Origin: Antechinus flavipes
Taxonomy: Eukaryota
Assembly (NCBI RefSeq): GCF_016432865.1
Contig: NC_067404.1
Coordinates: 85,188,001-85,252,000 of the forward strand
Direction: 5' to 3'
DNA length: 64,000 nt
The notes below the pieces were generated by a model that was given only the letters and a program-made list of their open reading frames with translations, searched no databases and had not been told where the DNA came from. Within the stretch, counting starts at the first letter, position 1; each line of letters begins with the position of its first letter. Position numbers and translations under genes: made by a program. Shown piece after piece: positions 1 through 11,993 of this stretch.

Positions 1-97
1 CTTAGGGCCGGAGGGGCGGGGCCTAGCGTAGTCTACCGCAGCAGACTCGGCCTAGGCCAAAGCCAAGGGCGGGGCGCGCCTGCCACCTTCGCCTTCT

Positions 98-3000
98 TCA
101 AGAGCCCAGGGCCGAGACCACCCCCGCGGCCCCAGAAAAGGGGGCGCCCGTGCCCCCGAGCAGGGGGGCCGCAGACCCGGGAAAGGGGACCAGGTGCCCT
201 ACTGAGGCCATGTGGCCTGAGAGCACCACGGGCCCGAGGCTCGGGTAGAGCGGTTCAGTGGCCAGGTCCCCTGGGCCGGCCGCCGCCACTGCAGCTGCTG
301 CTGCTGTCCCCTGCCCGGCGGCCATCAGGGCCTGGCCCACCCGGGCCTTCTTCTTGGCTTTGCCCGACACCTTGCGGTTCCGGGTCTGGATGCCATCTTT
401 GCGCATGGTCAGTGGCCGGTTCACCTGGGGGCGAGACAAACCCAGAGGCTCTGGTACTGGGAAAAGAGGACACGCTCCCTCCCCTCCTCCCCCCTCCCCA
501 GAGAATGGGTTTTTCTCCTACCGTTCCCCTCCCCCCAGCTCAGCAATCCAGGAGGAAGGGCCTAGGTCTTAGAAATTCTCTGGCCCAGCCCTCCCCCCAA
601 GTCACCCAGGCCCCAACCCAACTATCCTAGTGTCACCCATCAAATACAGCAAGCTACAAAAGGGGCAAACCCTAAGGGCGGAGGCCTCTCTCATCGGCCC
701 AAACCGGGAAGGTCCTCGGCCTGGGGGGAGGGGCGGGGGGCTTACGTTGTGCAGCTTGTAGTAGAGACCACAAGCGTTACACACGGGCTCCCCGCTGGCA
801 TTGCGCCGCCACAGGGTCGTCGTCGTCGTCTGGCAGTTGGTGCACTGGGTACCTGCTCGCTTACTGACAATCTGGAAAGAGCCCAGGGGCTGGGTGAGGT
901 CCCTGCTGCCCCGCTGCCCTCTTCTCACCTCCCTGGCCCCGAGGCCCGCCCTCCTCACCAGGCGCTTCTTGGGCCTTATGAGGGGACGGTTCTGTCCATT
1001 CATCTTGTGGTACAGGCCACAAGCGTTGCACAGGTAGTGCCCGGTACCGTCTCGACGCCACAACGGGGTAGCCGTCGCTCCACAGTTCACGCACTCTCTG
1101 GCCTCTGCTTGGGAGGAAAGGCAAGAAATTGGACAGAAAGTGAAAGCTGACCCCAGCTAAGCCCCTGGACCCTTTTCCTCCCCTTGAGTGTCCCTCCCGA
1201 CCCGAGTCTGGGTCCTCACCACAGGGAGACAGGGGAAGCGCCCCACGTAGCTTCGGAGAGTAGGCGTTACCTCCACCTGCCACTGAGAGGGGGCTTCCGG
1301 CAGGTGAGAAGAAGGCAGCGGTGGTGAAGTCAGGAGGACTGGCTGCCACATAGTGGGGGGGCCCCACGGCCGCTGGGACACCCAGGGTGAGCAGGTCTGG
1401 ACTCATTCGCTCTGTCTTCAAGGTCTCCAGGAAGCCCCTTGGGCTCCCTTTCACATCAGGGCCCTCAGGAGCTGGCTGTGGAGAGGCCTCTCGAACAGCC
1501 GGGGCCAGGGCAGAGGCTGGGTACAGCCCCGCCTTCCCGTAGGCCCAACCTGTGGCCGTGTAGGGGGCTCCCCCGAGCCCTCCATCCATCCAGTTGAGAA
1601 TTGGGTACACTTGGCATACTGTAAGGAGAGGTAATGGAAGGGCGTGATGGTCAGGCCCCAGGTCCCTAATATCTGGTCGCCAGCAGATGAGAACCAGAGC
1701 ACTGGAAACCGGAGACTCCTGACTTCAAGGCTCTTTCCCCATTCGGTGTCTCTAGGGAGTTCACTGCTGGTCTAGTTGGACCCCTAATATTACTTCTGAT
1801 TCCCAGCATGGCTGCCGGTCAGAATAGGGACAGACAGATCCAACATACTGCACACTGCCTGGCATGTGGAAAGCCTCTGGGGAAAAGGCAGTAAGGGCAG
1901 ACACGTAGGGGGCACGTGATTTCGGCCAATCCTCAAGAAACGCTTGGTGGCTAAGCGATGGCACGCCTTGGCCCGGTGCCCCAAACTGCCCGTTCCCCGA
2001 TCCCAACTCCCTTCAGCAGCTCCTCCAGACATCCTTTCTGCTCAAGCACCTCCCTTGAGATCTAGACTCAGCCCTCACCCCAATGGAGGCTTTCCTGTCC
2101 TACTTTACTGAGCTTTCTAATCACCCCTTTGATCTCGGAGAAGAAGCTGCAGTAGGGAGGCAGGTGCCAAGACCTGAAGCTACAGAACCTGTGGCCAGTG
2201 TCAGAACCATTCCATGCTTTTTGTTTGGAGTTTTCTTTTCCCGTGTGGGGGAGGAGGGGAGAGAAAATAAAGACTTGTTAACTGGAAAAAAACACAAAGT
2301 AATCACAAAATCCCCACCAAACAGTTGCTGCTTCCATTCCCTTCCGATCCTTAGCCCCTGCCATCTGCTTGCCAGTCCAACTGCTAGCCATCACTAGTTC
2401 TCTAGTTCCTTGAGGTCCCAGAGCCCCTTTTCAGGGGGTCCAACAAGTCAAAACAAGTCTACAAGAATACCGAGACATTTTCAGATCTAAGAAAGGAAGT
2501 ATCAACAGAGCCCATATCAAAGCCTGTCCTTGGCACAGCCCCAGTTATTTTTAAGAGTGCGTGGCATCCCGAAGGCTTGACGCTGGCTCTCCATGCTCGA
2601 CAATCCGTATACCCTAACTGCTCTTTCTTGGGCCTCGTGATCTTTTGGCAGTTTTTGGAAATTATCTCCTGGCCCTCACTCATCGATGTTCTCTCCTCCC
2701 TATCTGATTTCCTTCTCAGTCTCCTTTTTTTGATTGCTCTCCACCTCCTGCCCGCCCCCTTCCCCAAAAGCCCTAGTCCCAGATCCTTTTCTCTCCTGGC
2801 TTGCCCCCCAGGAAGATTTGCTTCCTGGGTATGTTAACCCACGAGCAGATGCCCTCCCCAGATGCAGCCCCCCAGCCAGAACTCTTCTCCCGGCCCCATA
2901 CTTCCAATCACGTGCCGGCAGTCTCTCCCCACTTGCACATCTCCTCAGGGTCAGCGTGGGCAAAATAGAACTCGGGGGCTTCTGCCCTGAAAGCTTTTGT

Positions 3001-3899
3001 CTGCCCCCCGAAGGTACTCTCATCTCTCCAAAGCCAAGGAAGGTTCCTGGTGTCTGCCTCCTCCTCCACACTGACTTCTCTGGCCCTCCTCTCGGAACCA
3101 GGCAGGTACCAGGCGGATCTGGACCTTCTCCCCATGTCCACATAGCCAGCACTTCGATTTCACTCCCACTAACACTTTTCACTCAGGACCCTTACCCCCA
3201 CAGCCTTTTCATGGGTCCCCCTGCCTCCCCCTGGCCTTTTTCCGGCCCTCCCTGCTGGCCTGACCTTGTGGCTCCCTGCTCCAGAGGCAAAGATGTAAAT
3301 TCCTAAGGCGGGCCTTAAAATCCTGCCAGCCCGCACCAGGCTTTTCTGTATTTATTTTTAATGCGACCCCCCTTCCCGAGATCCACTGTTCGGGCACATC
3401 ACTATCTTGGTTGGCACCTTGCCCATTGAACGAAAGCTTGCCTAATACCAAGCTGACCTGCTCGGGGGGGAAGAGGAAGGGTGCTCCACGCCATATATGG
3501 AAGATTGGGGCCGGCTGCTGACGGGGAAGGGAAGGAGCATTTCTATGGCACCTACTGTGCACCAGGCATGGCATCGAGTACTCGTGCGATCACACGATGT
3601 GATCCGTCAGCTGGCATCACCAGTACCATCCTTCGACCACAGGGACAGAGAAGATGGCAGCCCAAAGCCCTCCCTGCCCACCCCAGGATACCTGGTGAGT
3701 GTCTGTAAGCATCAGCAGCCGGTCCCCGATGGTAGTAGGGCAGCGTGGTGGTGGCATCGCCAGCATCGGCCCCCTCGGGCCCCGAGAAGAAGAGTCCCGG
3801 CTCTTCGGTGGCACTGACGGAGGCCGACGGGGACAGCAAGGTAGGCTCAGCGAAAGAGGCCAGGGCCTCTGGCTCCCCCAGGCCGGGCGGGAAATCCAT
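98..3899 (-). CDS. GATA1: GATA-binding factor 1, 5 coding exons, ~401 aa
   Basis: Coding exons 3899-3692, 1618-1220, 1104-959, 871-746 and 424-98, all GT-AG with consistent phase (1206 nt). N-terminus MDFPPGLG...YRHSP; N-finger [19 protein letters not shown]; C-finger [41 protein letters not shown]; then [18 protein letters not shown]. Exon 2 acceptor likely at 3947/3946. Confidence 0.97.
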
Positions 3900-4456
3900 G
3901 GGGGCTCCCCGACGGTTGCGGCAGAAGCGGTGTCAGTGGTGCCTCCCTGAGGGGGGGGCAAGATCGTCAGCCCCAAGAGACCTTCCTAAGCATGGTCCTC
4001 GGGTGCTCTCCCAGCCATGGTCCAGACCCTACCCCAACTAAGTGGGCTTCCATGGGCCCAGAGCCTTGGGCTTCACACACAGGACGTGCTTGCCTGCAGG
4101 GTCCGTGCACATCTACATACGTGTAGACACACATTGGGATACAGACGCTCTAAATACACACATACACAAGCAGGATCAAGATCACATATGTACATTATAC
4201 AGGGTAACACACACACATAACACACATATGCTTGGGCAAGGGGGGGCAAAAAGCGGGGGGGGAGCACTCGGCCCCGGGGGAGACCGAGAATAAAAAGTGG
4301 GGGGGGCAGGGAAAGAGGCTCCTTCTTCTCCAGCCCTCCCCACTCTCTTCTCCCTCCCCCCCCCCCAGCCATTTTTCTTTTCTCATCTCCCTTTCTCGGA
4401 CCCTCCAGGCCCAGAGTGGGAGCTCCTTCTGTACCCTCCAGCCGGCCCTCCCCCAG

Positions 4457-4519
4457 TTATCACCCCAAGGCAGAGATAACCCTTATCTCAGGACTGGGGG
4501 ATATGAAAGCCTCTTATCA
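4457..4519. promoter_or_regulatory. Cluster of four WGATAR sites in GATA1 intron 1 (candidate intronic autoregulatory enhancer)
   Basis: TTATCA 4457-4462, AGATAA 4474-4479, TTATCT 4483-4488, TTATCA 4514-4519. AGATAA-CCC-TTATCT is a perfect inverted pair. Confidence 0.65.
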
Positions 4520-5001
4520 GCAGTCTGGGGCTAGTGTGTTCCCAGCAGGCTCAGGGGACTCCAGGCAGCTAGCTCCCAGCCCAGCCGGGCAGCCGGCTCC
4601 CATCCCAGCTTGGCCCAGTCCAGCCAGGTATGGTCCACCCCGACAGAATGGCTTTTAACTTGGAAGACTGGGGTGGGGGGTGGGGGGTGGATATGGGCTT
4701 GATTTTTTGCGAGGAAATCAGAGCTGAGGACCCTCAGGCAGGGCAGGTTCGGAGAAGGGGCTTGGGGGCCTCTGAGGGTTGGTCAGATCAGCCAGAAGAG
4801 GGATGAGAGGGGATCGGAAGGCCTGGAGATAGACTTAAGGGAGAGAAACAAGAGTTGGAGGAGGAACCCAGGTTGGAGTTCAAGCGCCCTCAAATATGGC
4901 AGGAGGGGGTAACTCAAAGATACAGCGTTAGGGCTTCGGGAGGATGAGACAGGGCTGATGTCCTCCCCAAATGGGCGGCTACAGGGCTCGGGGGCACTGA
5001 C

Positions 5002-5100
5002 CTGAGCAGGTGTTTAGGCCGAGGGAGGGGGGGCAGTCTCTCTTGGATCTCCTCAGGGTCCAGGCTGCGACCAAGACAACAGTGTCTCCCTCCCTCACAC
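5002..5100 (-). other. GATA1: Candidate non-coding first (erythroid IE-type) exon of GATA1
   Basis: Minus-strand donor CTCAG|GTCAGT at 5002/5001, downstream of CACCC-type boxes (~5130-5230) and the double-GATA element. The 5' end is a guess. Confidence 0.4.
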
Positions 5101-5656
5101 CCCCCTCCTGCTGTGGCTACAGGCGGGGCCAGGGGGTGGGGGGGGAGAAGGGGCCCAGCCTTGGGACCGCCCCCTGCTGGCACCAGTGCCCGAGCATGGC
5201 TTAGATGGCCGGGGGCACCTTCCTCACCCGCCCATCCCAGACCTCCCCCACCAGCCCATAGGCTTCTCCGTCTGCTCATCTCCTGCTCCCCGAGCTCTGC
5301 CCCACCTTTCCGTGCCGGTCTCTCAGAGCCTTGGTTGCCATTGCTCTGGAACGGTGGCCCTCCAGGCCTGGGGCCGGACCCGGTGCTCTCCTCTCCTCTC
5401 AGCCCGTGGGGCTGGCTGGTCTCTAGTTCATTGCAGTCCTGGAGCTTATGTGTACCTCCATGTCTCCCTCTGTCACTCTTGTTCTCCCTTAGGTTTTTCA
5501 GTGTGTGGGGGGTCAGATTAGGTCCTGGCAAGAAGGCCTATGATATACTGGGACAGATGCCCAAACTAAGATGTTGGGGAGGATGCGGGACACCCTTCCC
5601 CTTCCCCCTCCCCCCCACTTACACCAGCTCCCTGCTGGGCCAAGGCTGGGGCCTGC

Positions 5657-5676
5657 TGATAAGTCTTATCAGATGG
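5657..5676 (-). promoter_or_regulatory. GATA1 upstream palindromic double-GATA element
   Basis: Minus strand reads CCATCTGATAAGACTTATCAGC, nearly identical to the mouse/human Gata1 dbGATA element as recalled (CCATCTGATAAGACTTATCTGC). Confidence 0.85.
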
Positions 5677-6006
5677 AGGGCCGGACCTCGGCTGTTGGGG
5701 TTGAGGCAACTAGCAGCCCCACAGGAGGTTGGGGGAAAGAGAGCGGATACTGGGGCCTCCCTGGCCCCGTCTACACCCCTCACCCCCTGCTTTCAGCCCC
5801 TGTGTGACAGGGAAATTCATTCATCTTACTCTCTCCCCCTCCTCCCCCAAATAGTGGCACCTTGGTCCCCCTGCTCCGAGGGCAGAGAGCAGGACAGGTG
5901 GGAATCATCAAGCCCAAGTCACATCTGGGAAAACTGAGGCCTTCTTCCCATTTCCCAGTCACTTTGAATATTCCCACTGACCCTGCCTTTGGAGTCCAAT
6001 GTAGTG

Positions 6007-6012
6007 TTTATT
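6007..6012 (-). terminator. Likely CDK20 polyadenylation signal AATAAA
   Basis: First AATAAA seen on the minus strand (plus TTTATT) after the CDK20 stop, ~195 nt downstream. Confidence 0.6.
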
Positions 6013-6131
6013 GTTATCAGGGAAACTGAGGCACAGCCAAGGTTAGAAGTCCGTTCTCCTGAACCTCCAGAGGGAGGGAAGCCGGACGCCTGAGTCCCCT
6101 CCCACCCTGGCCGCAGGAAAGCCAGGGGGAG

Positions 6132-6154
6132 CAGCTGGGAGTGCCCAGATAAGG
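6132..6154 (-). promoter_or_regulatory. E-box/GATA composite; probable core of the GATA1 haematopoietic enhancer (G1HE/HS-3.5)
   Basis: Plus strand CAGCTG-N9-AGATAAGG. Minus strand CCTTATCTGGGCACTCCCAGCTGC resembles the recalled mouse G1HE core CCTTATCTATGCCTTCCCAGCTGC. Spacing fits the TAL1/E2A-LMO2-LDB1-GATA1 composite. Confidence 0.75.
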
Positions 6155-6205
6155 CAATCTCTTGGGGCCAGGCAGAGCTGGGTGGAGGCCAGGGCAGTGG
6201 GAGGC

Positions 6206-9200
6206 TCATCCCTCCGGGAGGTAGGGCCGAATCAGCTCCGGATCTGGCAACGACTCAGCCAGGGGCTGCTCTACCCTGAAGTCGTGGACATGAGGAGGGC
6301 CTGGTCGGGCCTTGGGGCCAGGCCCCCCCCCACGCTGTGGAATGGGCAGCTCTGAGGGGTGGGCTGGCAGCGGGGCTCTGAAGAAGTACTCATGTAGCAG
6401 GGCCTGTGGGGATGTGGGGGGAGTGAGAAGGGATGGCCCGGCCCGGCCCAGTCCTGTCTCACCCCTATATCCCTGGCTCCATCCCTTGTGAGTTCCCCAG
6501 TGGGCGCCGCTTCCTCCACCTTCAAAGCAAGGGCTGGCTGAATTCGCCCGACACAAAAAAACTGGAGGTGGGGGTGGCGACAGGGGGGAGAAACGGTTCC
6601 CCTTTGAGCACTGTGGCAAGCCGGCAGATTTTTATCAAGCCCCAGGCACAGTTAAAGAGAAACAAGGGGACTGTTCCTCAAAGGTGTCCATTAAAGCGGG
6701 CCCCCTACTGACTTAAGTGAAGGAGACGTGCAAACATTTGGACAGTAAGCAATTTTTATCTGTTCGTTAAAGCAGGCCCCCTAAGGGCACAAAACAGGAT
6801 CCCATCAGACATGAACTGGGACTTTAGTCAAGGGCAGCTGAAACCCCACTCCTAGCTGTTCGGTAAAACAGGTCCACCAAGGCCCCCAAGCTCGGCGAGC
6901 CTCTGGTGGTCTGCTCTGAGTTACCTTATTTAAGTACATGGAGGCGAGCCAGCCCTCTAGAGCGGCCAGTGGCCTCTGAGACTGAGGGACTTGCCTCAGG
7001 GCACCCAGCTGGTCCTAATAAGAGGCAGGATTTGAACCCAGGGCTTCAGACCGCAAAGCCAAGAGCCCTTCCCATGTATCAAAGCAGATCCACTCGGGTC
7101 TCTCATGGGATCGTCTGTCAGTTCTGAGCCTCTGCTAAGATGCTATTTCCTCACCCTAAAGCCAGAAGCATACTCTTCCTCTTCTGATCTCAAAGCACCT
7201 GTGACCTCCTCTTTCCAGATGTGATGTGCCAACCTGCTGGGGCCTCGGATCACGTTCCTTGGCCAGGGGAAGGGGAATCCTTAACTCCAGAGGGCGGAGC
7301 GGGCCAGCTGCCTCGCCTTCCCCCTGCTTGCCTTCCCAGCACTAGCAACTCACTCCCCAGCAAAGTAGCTTTCTAAAGGAGGTTTTGGGCTCGTGTGGGT
7401 GGCGGGGGAGAGGAGAACAGGCCCTTCTCTGTCACACGGGAAGAAGCGGGAGGCCTGGGCGGAGCCCACCCTGGGCTGGAGCTGGGCGGGGGTCCTTCTG
7501 TAACAGTTCTGTTCCTTATCTCCCCCCCCCCAGTTGTGCTGGGCTTCCTTTCACATACCAGCAGTAGTAACAGAAAGTATCCTATGCCAGCCAATCAGTG
7601 TTCCCATAAGGCAGCTCTGTGGGCCCTCCCCTGGCCCTGGCCTTGGGTGGCCCTGTCAGCGGCTCTCTAGGTCCTGCCTGCCCACTCATCTCCAGGCCCT
7701 TCACCCCTTGCCCTGTTCACACTGGGCCCCCACCTGTGCCTCTTTTCACCCCAGGTTCTCGAGTTTGGTGCCTGCTGCTGTTTGGCCTCCAAGCCCTCTG
7801 AGCTCTCTGCTCGCCCCTTGCCCAGCCGTGCCCGTGGGGGCCGCCCCAAGGACCCGTTCTCCCACCCCCATTGGGCCTTCGCCATAGCTAGCGGCCCCTC
7901 CCTTCTCTCACTCCCTTCTTGGCTGAGAAAACTCAAGGCCGTCTTTGGGGAGTTCCCACATTTCTCTACGTCTCCTTGCCAAGCCTGCCCTACTTTCTCC
8001 TCTCCCACTCTGACCAGGGAAGTCCCATGGAATCACTCCTTCCGGTCCCCCCCCTGACCCCCCCCCCCCGTCTCTCTTTTTGTACATCTCCGAACTCCAA
8101 AGGCCGCAAGCTCTGCTGCCCCCCCACCCGGTTTTTAGTCCCTCACAATCAGACTCGCAGTAGCCTTCTCTGGCTCCTTTTCTGCCCCCCAAGTGTGGGC
8201 GCTCCCGTGGGATGGGGCCTCGCACAGAGTAGGAGCTTCTTGACCATTTGGACACAGGTGATTTCCAAATCCCCAGCCTCTCTGGCCCTCCAGTCAGATG
8301 GCACACCATCAGCTGTTGGCTGGCTATCTCCTCCTAGGTGTCCCTTGTGCATCTCAAAGTCCTGGCAGAGAAGGCTCAGTACCCCCAGGCCCCGGCCAGT
8401 GGGGTGCGAACTCCCGCCCCTGGGTTCTCTTGGGCCGTGGCCACTGGCCCGTTAGCTAAGCCTTGGCTCCGCAGGGAACTCCCTTCCTCTAGTCTTTCCG
8501 CTCAGCCCGTGTCATTGAGACGAGGCCTTTGGGGTGCTACAGACCCCCTAGCCCGGTTGTGCGGGTCCAGGCACTGCTCCCTGAACTCAGCCTCCTGCTA
8601 CCTACTGAGGCTCCCTCAGAACTGCCAGGAGCCTGAGTTCTTTGTACTTATTGATCTATGTGGGCCACTAGGTGGCACTAGAACGGCTAGAACAGCAGCC
8701 TGGGGAGCTGCAAGACTCATCGTGGTGAGTTCAAATCCAACCTTGGACCCTTACTATCTGTGTGACCCTAGGCAAGTCACTTCACCCTGTTTGCCTCAGT
8801 ACCCTCATCTGTAAAAGGAGCTGGAGAAGGAAAGGGTCGACCGCTTCGAGATCTCTGCTGAGAAAACCCCCAATGGGCCACGAAACGTGACTGAAAAATG
8901 ACCGCATGACAACTGACCTATGCGGGTTGTGTACCGGGAGTGGGGGGGGGGGGCGCGGAGAGAAGGGGGAGTCAGCTCCCTGACGGCTTGTCTCATCTGT
9001 GTCCCTAGGACAGGCCTGGGGGCACGGTCACTATCTGGCTAGAGATGGGAGGGGGCTCCCCGAGGAGGGGGAAGTCAGGTCCACTTCCTCTTAGCCTGTG
9101 GAGGTGCACCTGGGAGAGGGGAGGGGGATACCTGATCGGCCTGGATCCGACTTCGAGGGGGGTAGACAAGAAAGCGACTCAGGAGCTGGAGGGCTTCGTA

Positions 9201-11953
9201 GGAGGCGTCGGGCAGCACCTCGCGCAGGGGCAGGGGCAGCTGCTCCTTGAATGAGATCTTGTTGTAATCTGGGAGCTCGGTGATCCCCTGGGGAAGGACC
9301 AGAGGGACGCAGGAATTATGGGGCCTCGACGATGACCTGGCGGAAGCCCTCTCCCGCTCCCCTGCTACTCACTGGCCACACCCGAGGGCTGGGGGTCCCG
9401 AGGACCCGCAGGACACAGCACAGCTGTTCGATGTCATTCTCCCCGGGGAAAAGAGGGGAGTTGTTCAGGAGCTCCCCGAAGATGCAGCCCACGGCCCTGC
9501 GGGCAAGAGTAGACACGGCTCGGGCGGCTGTGGCCCACCAGCCAGCTGCCACCTCCCGGGCCCCCACTTGGGCCTGCTCGAGGCCCTCTTCCTCTCACTC
9601 CCTGCCTTACCATAGGTCCACACCCTCATCATACTGCCTGGCTCCGTACAGAAGTTCTGGAGCCCGATACCACCTGCAGCCGAGGGAGGAAACGTCGTTA
9701 GCGGTGGAGAGGGGGGAAAGGTGGTGGCCCCGATGGGGCTAAAGAAGCGTGCTGACAAATGCCTCCTATCCCAAGCCCGCAAGTGATGCTGCTCCCCCGT
9801 CCCCCACCCCCCATCCTGACTCGCTCACACTTGTCCCTGCTACCAGGCTTGGGCATGTACCTCGTGGCCACCTGGTGGCTATAAAGTCGGTCACCCTTGT
9901 GGGAGAAAACACGAGCAAGGCCAAAGTCGGCAATCTTCAGCTGACCCGAGGAGCTGAGGAGCAGGTTGGCTGGCTTCAGGTCCTGAGGAAGGAAGAAGGA
10001 AAGAAAGAGAGGAAAGGAGGGGGGGGGGAGGAGAAGGGAAAGAGAGGAAACAAGGAAGAAGGGAGGAGGAAGGAGGAAGGAAAAAAGGAAGAAAGAAGTC
10101 TAAGGCCCAACATCCAGTCCCCTTGCCAAGGCTCAACTGAGCCCCCCGCCCCCGGCCCCACCCATCCCCAGCCCAGCACCCCCCAAAAAAAGCTTGGGCA
10201 CTGGCCCTCTGGGTATCCATACCCGGTGTACAATGTTGTTGGCGTGGCAGAAGGCTACACCCTTGAGCAGCATTTGCATGTACGCTTTAACCTGAGCTGG
10301 GGCCAGAGGCCGCTTCCCATGCCGGATGACCTCAGACAGGTCAGAGAGCATGAACTCAAAAGCCAGGACGAAGCCTGCTCCATGCGGGAACACAGCCTTC
10401 AACTTCACCACCTGTGGGTGCCAGGGACACCTGATAAGGGCACTTAGAGAGTTTTACAGAAGGCAGGAAATCAAGGCCGAAGGGATCGCTACACCCGAGC
10501 CCGCCTGCCACCAGACTTCTCTTATTATCTTTGGGAAACTGAGGCTCGAGGTGTTGCCGGATCATCCAGCCAGACCTGAGCCCAGACTCGTTTCCTAGGC
10601 TTGAGGAAAGCGTGAGACCTGAAGGTGATTCAAGACCGCCTGGCCTGGGCCTCCATCAAAAGGCGCCCGCGGCTCAGCGTCCGCAGAATCGTCTCACGGG
10701 CCGAGAAGCAAAGGCATCAAATGCCCCAGGCTTCACGGGATGAAAGCAAGGGAGCTCCGTGGGTGCCCAGGGACAGACCAACCTATTCAGGGCAACTAAG
10801 GCAAAGCCACTTACAGATGGGCGCATCGAAGCCCTCTGCAGCTGGGCCCCGTTGTACGCAGAGCACCAGCCTCAGGCACCTACAGGCTGGATGAGGCTGG
10901 CAAGGCCCTCAGGGCCGTCGGACAAGACTGGTCCGACCTCCGAGGATGCTCGGGAGGATCACGTGTTCGGGACACGCTTACTTAGCACAGCGCCTAGCGC
11001 CTGGTGCCTGGTACTTGCAGGCTCTTAATAAATGCTTGTTCTCTGCCCCTGTCCACCTCCGCCCACCGCCAGCGTGGAAACATCGATTCAATTTATAGAC
11101 CAGGAGAAACCAGAGCAAAGCAAAAGGTGGCCAGTCTGTCAACAAACATTTCTTAAGGACCTACTGTGTGCCAGGTGCTGGGGATACAAAGAAAGGCAGA
11201 CCAAAGTCCCTGCCCTTGATGTGAAGGAAGAAACATGGGAGGTGGCAGGCAAGGAAGGAAAAGGAGGCGGGCAAGGAAAGGCCTTTCCTGCTCTTAGTGG
11301 CAAAGGCCCAAAGCCTGGAGGCCACGGAACGGCATAAATGCCAATCAGAAGACTCCATTTCGGGGAAGCCCAGAGGCCCAGAGGGGCGATGAGGTCAGTC
11401 TGGGCTGGAGACGTCCAGAAGCCCCTGGGTGATGGCTGCCAATGGCCGAGGAGAAAGGGCAAGGCTGGCCGGGTACATCTGACGATGGTTCACCAAGAGA
11501 TGTGCGCTGAACCCATGAGTGCCGATAAGCTCATCAAGGGTTGGACGAGAGAGTTCGAGACAGAGCTTGGTTTGTCCCCCGTGGTTCGTGGGCCGCTAGG
11601 TGGCTTGGAGGAGAGAGCATGGCCCCAGGTAAAAAGACCTGAATTCGAATCCAGCCTCAGACACATGTGATGCCAGGCAAGTCACGTCATCTCTGTCTGC
11701 CTCGGCTTCCTCAAATGAACAATGAGGACACAAAGAGCACCTCCCTGAAGTGAGATCGTATTTGGGAAGTGCTTAGTCCACTGCCTGGCACATAGTAGAC
11801 ACCATATTAATACTGGCAACGGTGATGGTATTGGTGAAGATGCAGCAGCAAGGGAGTCCAAGGAGTCAGAGATGTAGAAGGAGAATTAGGGGAGAGGGGA
11901 GAGACAGAGACGTAGGGAGGAGGGCATAAAACAGAAATACAGAGAGAAGGGGG

Positions 11954-11993
<40 letters not shown>

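Noticed and set aside
2459-2767. GAVPRTG peptide resembling GLOD5 PVPRTG
   Set aside because: Five-residue coincidence inside GATA1 intron 2, with no other GLOD5 motifs or exon structure.
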